32,356 bases of DNA from positions 1 through 32,356 of the forward strand of contig DASQBE010000068.1 of NCBI GenBank assembly GCA_035635355.1. The letters run 5' to 3'. The DNA comes from Candidatus Binatia bacterium. Lineage in GTDB: Bacteria; Eisenbacteria; RBG-16-71-46; SZUA-252. The position numbers and the translations under genes are program-made. The notes below the pieces were generated by a model, which was not told where the DNA came from, made no database searches, and saw nothing but the letters and a program-made list of their open reading frames with translations. Below, piece after piece: positions 1-8,536 of the stretch (position 1 is its first letter; the number at the start of each line of letters is the position of its first letter).

Positions 1-368
1 ATCTCGCAGGCGCGGTTGGCCAGGACCTCGTTCATGTTCATGTGGAAGGAAGTCCCGGCGCCCGCCTGGTAGGCATCCACCACGAAGTCCTTGTCGTGCT
101 TTCCCGCCAGGACCTCCTCGGCGGCCTGCACGATCGCCTCACCCTTCTTCTTGTCGAGGGCTCCGACCTCCATGTTGGCGCGGGCGGCGGCGATCTTGAT
201 GCGCGCCACCGCCCGCACCATCTCCACGTGGAGCCGCTCGCCGCTGATGGGGAAGTTCTGCACGGCGCGGGCGGTCTGCACGCCGTAGTAGGCCTCGGCC
301 GGCACCTCGAGCGCGCCGAGCGAGTCGCGCTCGACCCGGGTTTTCGGCCGGGACTTCACGTCAGGCAT
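1..368 (-). CDS. aspA: Aspartate ammonia-lyase (aspartase/class II fumarase family), N-terminal ~122 codons; the gene continues past the window start
   Basis: Manual reverse-complement translation from ATG at 368-366: MPDVKSRPKTRVERDSLGALEVPAEAYYGVQTARAVQNFPISGERLHVEM...EVLAGKHDKDFVVDAYQAGAGTSFHMNMNEVLANRACE. AYYGVQT..NFPI and Q.GAGTS..MN.NEVLANRA are aspartase-type N-terminal signatures. It is missing from the ORF track because it is open-ended. Its start overlaps the lipB stop by 8 nt. Confidence 0.7.
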   Translation of the reverse strand, partial: MPDVKSRPKTRVERDSLGALEVPAEAYYGVQTARAVQNFPISGERLHVEMVRAVARIKIAAARANMEVGALDKKKGEAIVQAAEEVLAGKHDKDFVVDAYQAGAGTSFHMNMNEVLANRACE

Positions 369-1053
369 GGAGCTCCTCGAGGTGGGGGCGCCCGGGCATT
401 TCCACGACGGGCCGCCCCCAGATTCGCGCGAACGCCTCGCGCAGGCGCGCCTGGACCTCGGCGCGCGGCGGGGCCGTGCCCAGGAGGGAGCGCATCGAGG
501 TCACGCCCAAGTCGCGAAGGCCGCAGGGGTGGATCCAGTCGAAATGCGAGAGATCCGGATCCACGTTGAGCGCGAATCCGTGCAGCGTGATCCAGCGGCG
601 CACCGCGACGCCGATCGCGGCCACCTTGCGGTCCCCCACCCAAACGCCCGTGTGGGGGGCGCGCCTTCCCGCGCGGATGCCGTAGCCGTCCAGGGTTCCG
701 ATCAGGACCTCTTCCAGATCCCGGAGGTAGCGATGAAGGTCGCGGCCCGAGGGCAGGCCGGAGAGCTCGAGGATGGGGTAGGCGATGATCTGGCCCGGGC
801 CGTGGTAGGTCATGTCCCCGCCGCGCTCGACCGGAATGATCTCGACGCCGCGCGCGGCCAGTAGGGCCGGGTTCGCCCGGAGGCTCGAGGCGCTGCCGGC
901 GCGCCCGACCGTGAGAACCGGCTCGTGCTCGGCGAAGTAGATCGCGTCCGTGGAGGCGGCGGAGGCGCGGGCCGAGACGGCGCGCCGCTGGAACTCGAGC
1001 GCTTCCCGGTAGGGAATCCGGCCCAGGTCATACGCCGCGATCGGCGGGATCAT
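361..1053 (-). CDS. lipB: Lipoyl(octanoyl) transferase LipB
   Basis: 230-aa ORF with ATG at 1053. Contains RGGDMTYHGPGQIIAYPIL, GVWVGDRKVAAIGVAVRRWITLHGFALNV and HPCGL (catalytic Cys region). Lies 7 nt downstream of the lipoyl-dependent E2 gene. Confidence 0.9.
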   Translation of the reverse strand: MIPPIAAYDLGRIPYREALEFQRRAVSARASAASTDAIYFAEHEPVLTVGRAGSASSLRANPALLAARGVEIIPVERGGDMTYHGPGQIIAYPILELSGLPSGRDLHRYLRDLEEVLIGTLDGYGIRAGRRAPHTGVWVGDRKVAAIGVAVRRWITLHGFALNVDPDLSHFDWIHPCGLRDLGVTSMRSLLGTAPPRAEVQARLREAFARIWGRPVVEMPGRPHLEELHA

Positions 1054-1060
1054 GAGCGCC

Positions 1061-2401
1061 TCAGATGGAGTCGAGCAGCCAGCTCTCGGGATCTTCGAGA
1101 AGCTCCTTCACGCGGTGGAGGAACTGGACCGCGGGGGTCCCGTCCACCAGGCGGTGGTCGAAGCTCACCACGAGCGTCATCATGTTGCGGATCACGATGC
1201 GGTGATCGCGCACGACCGGGCGCTCCTGGATCAGGTGCACCCCCAGGACGCCTGATTCCGGATAGTTGATGATGGGGGTCGAGGCGGTCGCGCCGAACAT
1301 GCCCGCGTTCGTGATCGTGAAGGTGCCGCCCTGGATGTCGTTCAGCTGGAGCTTGTCCGCCCGCGCCCGGCTCCCCAGATCCTCGATCTCCTGAGCCACC
1401 TGCAAGAGCGTCTTCCGGTCGGCGTCGTGCAGGACGGGCACGATGAGCCCCGAGTCGCGGTGCACCGCGATACCGATGTTGTAGTACTTCTTGTAGTGGA
1501 TCTCGCCGCTCTCGGTCATCGAGGCGTTGAGCATCGGATACTCGTGCAGGGCGCGCACCACGGCCTTCACGATGAAGGGCATGTAGGTGACGTTGACGCC
1601 GTAGGTCGCCTTCACCTTCTCCTTCAACCGCGCGCGCAGCGCGACCAGCGCCGTCATGTCCACCTCGTCCCACGTGGAGCAGTGGGCCGCCATGTGGCGG
1701 GCGCGGAGCATGTTCTCGGCGATCTTCTTCCGGACGTTCGTGGCCTGGACGACCTCTTCCTCGCGCGATCCTGTCTGCCCGAAGGACGGCCCGGGAATCG
1801 GCTTCAGGGGCTGGGGCGCCGCCTGCGGCGCGGGCGCTCGACCGGGGGCCTGCCCGGACGGGGGAGCGGAGGGCGCCGACGCGGCCACCCGGCTTCCTTC
1901 GATGTGGCTCAAGACGTCTTCCCGCGTGACGCGGCCGCCCATGCCGCTGCCGCGGATGCGCGCCACATCGAGGTTATGTTCTCTCAAGAGCTTCCGGACC
2001 GCGGGGGAGACGCGCTGCTCCTCCCCGTTCATTCGCTCGGCGACCGCGGTGCCCGCCCGCTCCGGGGCCGGCGAGGGAGAGGGAGCCGCGGGTCGGGGAT
2101 CGGGCTGGGAAGGCGCCGGCTTGGGGGCCGCCTGCTTGGCGCCGCCCTGGGGCATGGATTCGCCCTGGGCCAGAATCTGGCCCAGCTCCTGGCCCACCTG
2201 CGCCACGGTGCCTTCCGGGATCGTGATCCTGCCCAGCGTGCCCGCGGACGGCGCGGGAAGCTCGATGTTGATCTTGTCGGTGATGATCTCGACGATCGGC
2301 TCGTCCTTGGCGATCGGGTCGCCTTCCTTCTTGAGCCACTTGCCGACGGTACCCTCGACGACACTCTCGCCCAGCTGCGGCACTACGATCGTGACCGGCA
2401 T
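1061..2401 (-). CDS. 2-oxoacid dehydrogenase E2 component (dihydrolipoamide acyltransferase); substrate class (pyruvate, branched-chain or acetoin) not resolvable
   Basis: 446 aa. N-terminal lipoyl domain (EIITDKINIELPAPSAG), Pro/Ala-rich linker, subunit-binding domain (SPAVRKLLREHNLD), C-terminal catalytic SFDHRLVDG. GGAGGAAGGG Shine-Dalgarno just upstream of ATG at 2401. Confidence 0.9.
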   Translation of the reverse strand: MPVTIVVPQLGESVVEGTVGKWLKKEGDPIAKDEPIVEIITDKINIELPAPSAGTLGRITIPEGTVAQVGQELGQILAQGESMPQGGAKQAAPKPAPSQPDPRPAAPSPSPAPERAGTAVAERMNGEEQRVSPAVRKLLREHNLDVARIRGSGMGGRVTREDVLSHIEGSRVAASAPSAPPSGQAPGRAPAPQAAPQPLKPIPGPSFGQTGSREEEVVQATNVRKKIAENMLRARHMAAHCSTWDEVDMTALVALRARLKEKVKATYGVNVTYMPFIVKAVVRALHEYPMLNASMTESGEIHYKKYYNIGIAVHRDSGLIVPVLHDADRKTLLQVAQEIEDLGSRARADKLQLNDIQGGTFTITNAGMFGATASTPIINYPESGVLGVHLIQERPVVRDHRIVIRNMMTLVVSFDHRLVDGTPAVQFLHRVKELLEDPESWLLDSI

Positions 2402-2434
2402 CCCTTCCTCCGACTCAGGTCCCGGGTGACCGGG

Positions 2435-3466
2435 CTAGTAAGCGACGGTTTCGCGGATCGCCTGGGCGATCCGATTCGCGTCGGGGAGATAGGCTTCCGC
2501 GAGCGTGGGCGCGAACGGCTCCTGCGGCGCGTCGGGCGGCGACACGCGCCGCACCGGAGCGTCCAGGAAGGAGAACCCGTCCTCGGCGATCATCGCGCCG
2601 ATCTCGGCCCCCACCCCCATCGTCTTGGAGCTCTCGTAGACCACCACCGCGCGCGCCGTCTTCTCCACCGACTCCAAGATCGTTTCCTTGTCGTAGGGAA
2701 GGAGCGTGCGCAGGTCGATCACTTCGACGTCGATGCCTTCCGCCGCGAGCTTCTCCGCGGCCTCGAGGGAGCGGTGCAGCATGAGCGCGTAGGAGATCAC
2801 CGTGACGTGCTTTCCCTCGCGCACCACGGCGGCCTTCCCGAGCGGCACCGTGTAGTCGCCCCGGGGAACGGGCCCCTTGATGGTGCGGTAGAGACGCTTG
2901 TGCTCGTAGTAGAGCACCGGGTTCTGCCCGCGGAACGCGGATTTCAACAATCCCTTCGCGTCGTACGGGGTCGACGGGGTGACCATCACGAGGCCGGGGC
3001 AGTGCATGAACCAGGATTGATTCGCCTGGGAGTGGAAGAGCCCGCCGCCCACGGCGGCGCCGTAGCAGCAACGGATGACCATCGGGCAGGTGAACATGCC
3101 GCCCGAGCGGTAGCGCATCTTCGCGGCGTGCTCCACGATGCCGTCGACCGCGAGCGAGATGAAGTCGTCGAACTGGATCTCCGGCGAGGGGATCAGGCCC
3201 GCGATCGAGGCGCCCACCGCGCCCTGCACCAGGAAGTTCTCCGAGATGGGGCTGTCGATGACCCGCATCGGCCCGAACTTCTCGTAGAGCCCCTTGGTCG
3301 CCTTGAACACGCCGCCGTAACCGGCGATGTCCTCGCCGATGAGGAAGATGCGCTCGTCGCGCTCCATCTCCTCGCGGAGGCCCTCGGTGATGGCCTCGAT
3401 GTACGTCATGGTCTTCACGTCGGAGGCGATGGCCCCCGGGGTCGCTTGCGCCACGTCCATCTTCAT
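2435..3466 (-). CDS. 2-oxoacid dehydrogenase E1 component, beta subunit
   Basis: 343 aa. MTYIEAITEGLREEMERDERIFLIGEDI..., transketolase-like pyrimidine-binding and C-terminal domains typical of E1beta. ATG at 3466 overlaps the upstream thioesterase stop (ATGA). An internal ATG at 3409 (MTYIEAI) is an alternative start. Confidence 0.88.
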   Translation of the reverse strand: MKMDVAQATPGAIASDVKTMTYIEAITEGLREEMERDERIFLIGEDIAGYGGVFKATKGLYEKFGPMRVIDSPISENFLVQGAVGASIAGLIPSPEIQFDDFISLAVDGIVEHAAKMRYRSGGMFTCPMVIRCCYGAAVGGGLFHSQANQSWFMHCPGLVMVTPSTPYDAKGLLKSAFRGQNPVLYYEHKRLYRTIKGPVPRGDYTVPLGKAAVVREGKHVTVISYALMLHRSLEAAEKLAAEGIDVEVIDLRTLLPYDKETILESVEKTARAVVVYESSKTMGVGAEIGAMIAEDGFSFLDAPVRRVSPPDAPQEPFAPTLAEAYLPDANRIAQAIRETVAY

Positions 3467-3924
3467 CGCTGCTCGATCTCCCTTGGTGTCGCGCCGTAGG
3501 GCCGGCTCTTGAGCCGGGCCTTACGCCGCGCTTCCGCCGCCTGGGCCTCGCGCTTCTCCTCCTCCGTCTCGAGGAGGAGCGGAGGCACATCGGCGGGGCG
3601 GCCGTTCTCGTCGACCGCCACGAACGTCAAGTACGCCGTGCTGGTTCTCCGGCGTTCTCCGGACATCAGATCCTCGCTCTGCACGTCGACCCGGATCTCC
3701 ATGGAGGTCCGGCCCACGAACGTCATGCACGCCGAGATCACCGCGATCTGCCCGACGCGGATCGGCGCCAGGAACGACACTTCGTCCATGGACGCCGTCA
3801 CGGCCTCGATGCGGCAATGGCGGTGGGCCACGATGGCCGCCGCCAAGTCGATCCAGTGAAGCACCCGTCCGCCGAGGACGTTCCCCATCGTGTTCGCGTC
3901 GTTCGGCAGCACGAGCTCGACCAT
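3463..3924 (-). CDS. Hotdog-fold acyl-CoA thioesterase (YciA/Acot-like)
   Basis: MVELVLPNDANTMGNVLGGRVLHWIDLAAAIVAHRH...AYLTFVAVDENGRP is the typical acyl-CoA hydrolase hotdog pattern. I trimmed the 209-aa track ORF to the first ATG (3924) that does not overlap E1alpha, which ends at 3965. There is no other ATG/GTG/TTG in frame between 3925 and 3964. Confidence 0.75.
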   Translation of the reverse strand: MVELVLPNDANTMGNVLGGRVLHWIDLAAAIVAHRHCRIEAVTASMDEVSFLAPIRVGQIAVISACMTFVGRTSMEIRVDVQSEDLMSGERRRTSTAYLTFVAVDENGRPADVPPLLLETEEEKREAQAAEARRKARLKSRPYGATPREIEQR

Positions 3925-3964
3925 CTCGACCCGCGTTTCCCGCGGGCTCTTGCCCCGGCGATCC

Positions 3965-4930
3965 TCAGAGCGGGGCGTACACGTCCTCCAGGATCTCGTG
4001 AGGCTCGGGGTGCGGGCTCTTCTCCGCGAACTCGATGGCTTCCTCGATCTCGCGCTCGATCCGCTGGAGCGTCGCCTGCTTGTACGATTCATCGATCACG
4101 CCGCGCTCCATGAGAATCTTCTCGAACCGCGGAACGGGATCCCGCTTCTTCCAGTACTCCAGCTCCTCCTGCGTCCGATAGTTCGCGGGATCGATCTCGG
4201 AGTGGCCGTACCAGCGGTAGGTCTTCATCTCGATCAAGGTCGACCCCTCGCCTCGCCGCGCGCGCCGGATCGCATCCTGAGACGTCTCGTAGGTGGCGAA
4301 GAGGTCGTTCCCGTCGATGGTGACCCCCGGGAAGCCGTACGCTCTCGCCCGCTCGGAGACATCCTCCACCGGCACCCCCAGCGACGCGGGCACCGACTCG
4401 GCCCAGAGGTTGTTCTGGACCACGAACACGCAGTTGAGCTTGTGGATGCCCGCGAAGTTCAGCGCCTCGTGCCACACGCCGTTCGACGTGGCGCCCTCGC
4501 CCACGAAGCAAACCGCCACGTTGTCCTTCTTCTGGATCTTGTAGGCCAGCGCGCACCCGGTCGCGATCACGGTCTGCGCCGCGATCGTGGAGGCCGGGGT
4601 GATGATGCCGAGGGGCTTCCATCCATAGTGGCAGGGGTGCGACTTGCCCCGGTCGGGGCTGTCCTTCCGCGCGAACAGCTCCGCCATGATGTACTTGAGC
4701 GGCATTCCCTTCGTGATGGCCGCCCCCAGCTCGCGGTGCTGGATCCCGATCGTGTCCTCGGGCCGGAGCCCGTAACAGGAGCCCACGACGGTGGCCTCCT
4801 GGCCGACGGCGCTGAAGTAGGTGCCGTGGAACCGGCCCTGCTTGAAGAGCTTCCGGCAGCGCTCGTCGGTTGTGCGGACGAGGTTTAGGTAGTAGTAGAG
4901 ACCCTTCAGCTCATCGTTGGTGACCGGCAT
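3965..4930 (-). CDS. 2-oxoacid dehydrogenase E1 component, alpha subunit (TPP-dependent)
   Basis: TPP-binding motif GEGATSNGVWHEALNFAGIHKLNCVFVVQNN, plus YRWYGHSEIDP. Start moved to the internal ATG at 4930 (MPVTNDELKGLYYY...), which is preceded by GGAGGA. The 37-codon upstream extension in the track ORF is Arg/Gly/Ser-rich and unlikely to be coding. Confidence 0.88.
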   Translation of the reverse strand: MPVTNDELKGLYYYLNLVRTTDERCRKLFKQGRFHGTYFSAVGQEATVVGSCYGLRPEDTIGIQHRELGAAITKGMPLKYIMAELFARKDSPDRGKSHPCHYGWKPLGIITPASTIAAQTVIATGCALAYKIQKKDNVAVCFVGEGATSNGVWHEALNFAGIHKLNCVFVVQNNLWAESVPASLGVPVEDVSERARAYGFPGVTIDGNDLFATYETSQDAIRRARRGEGSTLIEMKTYRWYGHSEIDPANYRTQEELEYWKKRDPVPRFEKILMERGVIDESYKQATLQRIEREIEEAIEFAEKSPHPEPHEILEDVYAPL

Positions 4931-4957
4931 GCATCCTCCTCGAGCCGTCCTGATCGC

Positions 4958-4988
4958 CTCGGCGCTTCGAGGCAGCGAAGGCGCCGAG
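4958..4988. repeat. Imperfect inverted repeat (8 bp + 1-nt bulge + 4 bp stem, 6-nt loop) in the divergent E1alpha/mrp intergenic region
   Basis: CTCGGCGC-TTCG aggcag CGAA-g-GCGCCGAG read directly from the sequence. Lies about 28-58 nt upstream of the E1alpha start on the minus strand. Confidence 0.3.
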
Positions 4989-5168
4989 CCAGAGCGGGTT
5001 ACGGTACCACACCGCGGTCCCCCCTTCCAATGGGCATCCAACCCCCGCGCGAGGCATCGTAAGGAGAGGTAAGACGCCTATTTTCATTTCGATTCGGCGC
5101 TCGCGCTGCTATGATTCTGCGCCCAATCCCGCACCGGTTGTTCCGGGTATCTGCCCACGGAGTCTTGG

Positions 5169-6248
5169 ATGACGAATGCCACGATAACGGAGTCCCTCAT
5201 CTTGGACGCACTGCGCTCCGTGATGGATCCGGATTTAGGGAAGGATATCGTTTCCCTCAACTTCATTCGTAACATGAGGATCGAGGAGGGGATCGTTTCC
5301 TTCGATGTGAATCTCACCACCCCCGCCTGTCCGGTCAAGGAACGCCTCCGGGAGCAATCCCGCCAGGCGGTGCTCTCCAAGGTGCCCGGCGTGAGCGACG
5401 TCCGGGTGAACATGACCGCCGAGGTGAGGCGGCCACCCGCGCCCGAGACGAGCCGCATCCGCGGGGTGAAGAACATCGTCGCGGTCGGGAGCGGCAAGGG
5501 GGGTGTCGGAAAGTCCACCGTCGCCGCGAACATCGCCGCGTCGCTCGCGAACAGCGGGGCCAAGGTGGGGCTTCTCGACGCCGACATCTACGGACCGAGC
5601 ATCCCCATCATGATGCGCTCCTCCGGCGAGCCCGAGATGAAGGACGGGACCATCCAGCCGGTCGTGGCCCACGGCGTGAAGCTCATGTCGATGGGCTACA
5701 TGAGCGGCGAGATGCCGCTCATCTGGCGCGGTCCGATGGCCCACAAGGCGCTCCAGCAAAGCCTGCTGGGCGTGAACTGGGGGGAGCTGGACTACCTGAT
5801 CGTGGATCTTCCGCCCGGAACCGGCGACGTGCACTTGACGCTGGTGCAGAGCGTCCCGGTCACAGGTGCTGTGATCGTCTCCACGCCTCAGGACGTGGGT
5901 CTCCAGATCTCGATGAAGACGCTCCGGATGTTCCAGCAGACCAAGGTTCCGTTGCTCGGCATCGTGGAGAACATGAGCTCCTACATCTGTCCGCACTGTG
6001 GCGGACGGGACGAGATCTTCGGGCACGGCGGCGCCGCCCGCGCGGCCGGGACCCTGGGCGTTCCGTTCCTGGGCGAGATCCCGCTCGACTCCGCCATCCG
6101 AAAGCACAGCGACACCGGGATGCCGGTCGTGCTCGCGGAGCCCGACTCGGTCTCCGCGCGCGCCCTCTCGGAGATCACGGGAAAGGTGGCCCAGCAGATC
6201 AGCATCCAGGCGTTCAAGACCATTCCCCTCACGATCATCGAGGAGTAG
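5169..6248 (+). CDS. apbC: Fe-S cluster carrier ATPase Mrp/ApbC (NBP35 family) with N-terminal DUF59 domain
   Basis: 359 aa. DUF59-like N-terminus (LRSVMDPDLGKDIVSLNFI...TTPACP), deviant Walker A VGSGKGGVGKSTVAANIA, CPHCG cluster-ligand motif. Confidence 0.9.
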   Translation: MTNATITESLILDALRSVMDPDLGKDIVSLNFIRNMRIEEGIVSFDVNLTTPACPVKERLREQSRQAVLSKVPGVSDVRVNMTAEVRRPPAPETSRIRGVKNIVAVGSGKGGVGKSTVAANIAASLANSGAKVGLLDADIYGPSIPIMMRSSGEPEMKDGTIQPVVAHGVKLMSMGYMSGEMPLIWRGPMAHKALQQSLLGVNWGELDYLIVDLPPGTGDVHLTLVQSVPVTGAVIVSTPQDVGLQISMKTLRMFQQTKVPLLGIVENMSSYICPHCGGRDEIFGHGGAARAAGTLGVPFLGEIPLDSAIRKHSDTGMPVVLAEPDSVSARALSEITGKVAQQISIQAFKTIPLTIIEE

Positions 6249-6249
6249 C

Positions 6250-6576
6250 GTGCTCACCTCTCCGGAGCAAGGGGCGACGCCCGCCGAGATCAGGAAGAAG
6301 GCCGGGGAAGGGATCGTGATCCGCTGGGAGGGCGGCCACTCGAGTACGTTCGGCGCGCGCTTCCTGCGCGGACGCTGCCCGTGCGCCCAGTGCGTGAGCG
6401 AGACCACGGGCCAGAGACTCGTGACGGACGAGCACATCGATCCCGGCGTCAGGATCGAGACCGCGCGCACCGTCGGGAACTACGCGCTCCACTTTTCCTT
6501 CAGCGACGGCCACACCACCGGAATCTACAGTTTCGACTACCTGAGACGCATCTGCCCCTGCGAGGACTGTGCATGA
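6250..6576 (+). CDS. DUF971 (gamma-butyrobetaine hydroxylase-like N-terminal domain) protein
   Basis: GTG at 6250, immediately after the mrp TAG. IRWEGGHSSTFGARFLRGRCPCAQC...VGNYALHFSFSDGHTTGIYSFDYLRRICPC matches the DUF971 pattern as I recall it. This family is commonly found next to mrp/apbC. Confidence 0.75.
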   Translation: MLTSPEQGATPAEIRKKAGEGIVIRWEGGHSSTFGARFLRGRCPCAQCVSETTGQRLVTDEHIDPGVRIETARTVGNYALHFSFSDGHTTGIYSFDYLRRICPCEDCA

Positions 6577-7556
6577 AGATCGAAACGACGCTGTCCGGGA
6601 GCTTTCCCAAGCTCCCGCTCGAGCCCGGCGCGCCGAACGTGCGGGTGATTCGGAACCGGATGGATCAGAGCAAGGCGACCGAGAAGGATCTCTCGGACGC
6701 GGCCCGCGAGACCACGCGCCGCATCGTGGCCTTGCAAGAGTCGGCGGGCGTGGACATCCCGGTGGGAGGCCAGGTGGCGTGGGACGACGCGCAGACCTTC
6801 TTCGCGCGCGGGGTCCCGGGGTTCACGATCGCGGGGCTCATCCGCTACCTCGACACGAACACCTATTACCGCCAGCCCGAGATCACCGGTAATGTCTCCT
6901 GGGCGCGTCCGGTCACGGTCGAGGACTACCGTCTGGCGCAGGGCATGGCGCACCGCCCGCTCAAGGCGTTTCTTCCCGGCCCCTATTCCCTGTACCGGTT
7001 CTCGCGCGACCTCCATTACAAGGATCCCAAGGAGGCGCTCGCGGCCGTCGGAGAGGCGCTGGGCCGCGAGGCGCAGGCCCTCGAGGAAGCCGGCGCCACG
7101 TGGATCCACTTCGAGGAGCCCTGGATCGGCCGCGCGCCCGCCTCGGAAGCGCCGCACGTGGCCGCCGCGCTGACCCCTCTGTTGCGCGGCCGGAGAGCGA
7201 AGACCGTGATCCACGTTCCGTTCCGCTCGCCCGCGGCGGTGTTCGGCGCGATCCGCGATCTTCCCTGGACCGTCCTCGGGCTCGACCTGGTCGAGGCGGC
7301 CGACGCGTGGGATCTGATTCCGGAGGTGCCGGCGGGGCGGACCGTCGCCCTGGGCCTCGTGGACGCGCGGAACACGCTCCTCGAGGATCCCGCGCGCGTC
7401 GCCGATAGCGTGCGCCGCGCGCGCTCGATGCGATCCGACCTCTCCTGGCAGCTCTGCACGACCGCGAGCCTCGAATACTTGCCGGTCGACCGCGCGGCGA
7501 TGAAGGTCGCGCGGCTCACCGAGGCCGCGCGCCTCGCATCCGCGAACGGAGGATGA
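6573..7556 (+). CDS. Cobalamin-independent methionine synthase N-terminal-domain-like protein (Meth_synt_1-like; no zinc ligands)
   Basis: ATG at 6573 overlaps the DUF971 stop (ATGA). 327 aa. IRYLDTNTYYRQPEITG resembles the MetE KWFDTNYHYxVPE box, GLVDARNTLLED resembles the GxxDGRNIW box. IHVPF and LCTTASLEYLP replace the H-x-C and DCGL zinc motifs. Confidence 0.7.
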   Translation: MKIETTLSGSFPKLPLEPGAPNVRVIRNRMDQSKATEKDLSDAARETTRRIVALQESAGVDIPVGGQVAWDDAQTFFARGVPGFTIAGLIRYLDTNTYYRQPEITGNVSWARPVTVEDYRLAQGMAHRPLKAFLPGPYSLYRFSRDLHYKDPKEALAAVGEALGREAQALEEAGATWIHFEEPWIGRAPASEAPHVAAALTPLLRGRRAKTVIHVPFRSPAAVFGAIRDLPWTVLGLDLVEAADAWDLIPEVPAGRTVALGLVDARNTLLEDPARVADSVRRARSMRSDLSWQLCTTASLEYLPVDRAAMKVARLTEAARLASANGG

Positions 7557-7558
7557 TC

Positions 7559-8536
7559 ATGCCGCGTGGGCTCTGGACCACGACTGTCGGAAGCTTCCCC
7601 AAGCCGCCCCATCTCGAGAAGGCGCGGAACCAGTTCGCGCGCGGCGAGATCACGGCGGACCAGCTCCGGGCGCTGGAGCGCGACGCCACGATCGAGGTGA
7701 TCCGGTCCCAGGAGGAGATCGGGCTGGACATCCTCGTGGACGGGGAGCTCTACCGCGGCGACATGACCACGTATTTCGCCGAGCTGATGGAGGGATTTCA
7801 GATCTCGAACCCGGTCCGCTCGTACGGCAACCGCTACTACCGGAAGCCGGTGGCGACGGGGCCGGTCCGGCGTACCAAGTCCTGGACCGTGGACTGGTGG
7901 AAGTTCGCGCAGAGCCAGACCAAGAAGCCGGTGAAGGGGATGCTGACGGGGCCGTACACGATGATGGACTGGTCCTTCAACGAGCACTATCCCTCGCGCG
8001 AAGCGCTCGCCATGGACCTGGCGGAGGCGATCCGCGAGGAGGCGATGGCGCTGGCCGAGGCGGGCGCCACGTTCATCCAGGTGGACGAGCCCGCGATCTC
8101 GGTGCGGCCGGAAGAGCTGAAGCTCGCCGTGCGCGCGCTGGGCCGGGCGGTGGAGGGCGTCAAGGCCAAGACCATCACCCACATCTGCTACGGCGACTTC
8201 GACGTGATCTACCCGGCGCTTCTCGATCTCCCCGTCGACATGATCGACCTCGAAATGGCCAACAGCCGCTACGACCTCCTGGACCGCTTCAAGCAGCACC
8301 GGTTCACCAAGGAGATCGGCTACGGCGTACTGGACGTGCACTCGCACCGGATCGAGACGAAGGAGGAGATCAAGCAGGGCATCCTCCGAGGGCTCGAGAT
8401 CTTGAAGCCGGAGCAGATGTACATCGATCCCGACTGCGGCCTGAAGACCCGCACGGTGGAGGAAGCGAAGGAAAAGCTCGCCGTGATGGTCGCGGCGGTC
8501 CGGGAGGTGCGGGAGGAGCGGGGCATCACGGCGTGA
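7559..8536 (+). CDS. metE: Cobalamin-independent methionine synthase catalytic (C-terminal) domain protein, core-MetE-like
   Basis: All Zn ligands present: THICYGDF (His, Cys), IDLEMANSR (Glu), DPDCGLKTR (Cys). VRSYGNRYYRKPVATGPV matches the Meth_synt_2 box. ATG at 7559 lies 5 nt after GGAGGA. The alternative ATG at 7553 overlaps the upstream stop. Confidence 0.85.
   Translation: MPRGLWTTTVGSFPKPPHLEKARNQFARGEITADQLRALERDATIEVIRSQEEIGLDILVDGELYRGDMTTYFAELMEGFQISNPVRSYGNRYYRKPVATGPVRRTKSWTVDWWKFAQSQTKKPVKGMLTGPYTMMDWSFNEHYPSREALAMDLAEAIREEAMALAEAGATFIQVDEPAISVRPEELKLAVRALGRAVEGVKAKTITHICYGDFDVIYPALLDLPVDMIDLEMANSRYDLLDRFKQHRFTKEIGYGVLDVHSHRIETKEEIKQGILRGLEILKPEQMYIDPDCGLKTRTVEEAKEKLAVMVAAVREVREERGITA

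Noticed and set aside
3925-4092. N-terminal extensions of track ORFs (thioesterase 3925-4092, E1alpha 4931-5041, HlyD 7897-8532, FtsX 10054-10479, TsaB 18206-18409, FolC 20384-20710, LptD 21933-22010, pilin 31490-31561)
   Set aside because: These extensions overlap the preceding, well-supported genes, are Arg/Pro/Gly-rich, and are followed by internal start codons with an RBS or ATGA/GTGA coupling that give family-typical N-termini.
5041-5168. A SAM or cobalamin riboswitch ahead of the mrp-DUF971-metE unit
   Set aside because: I could not find a B12 box or SAM-I/II core-like sequences by eye. The region is short and contains only a TATGAT -10-like hexamer (5110-5115) with a weak -35. A covariance-model scan (Rfam) would be needed to exclude one formally.
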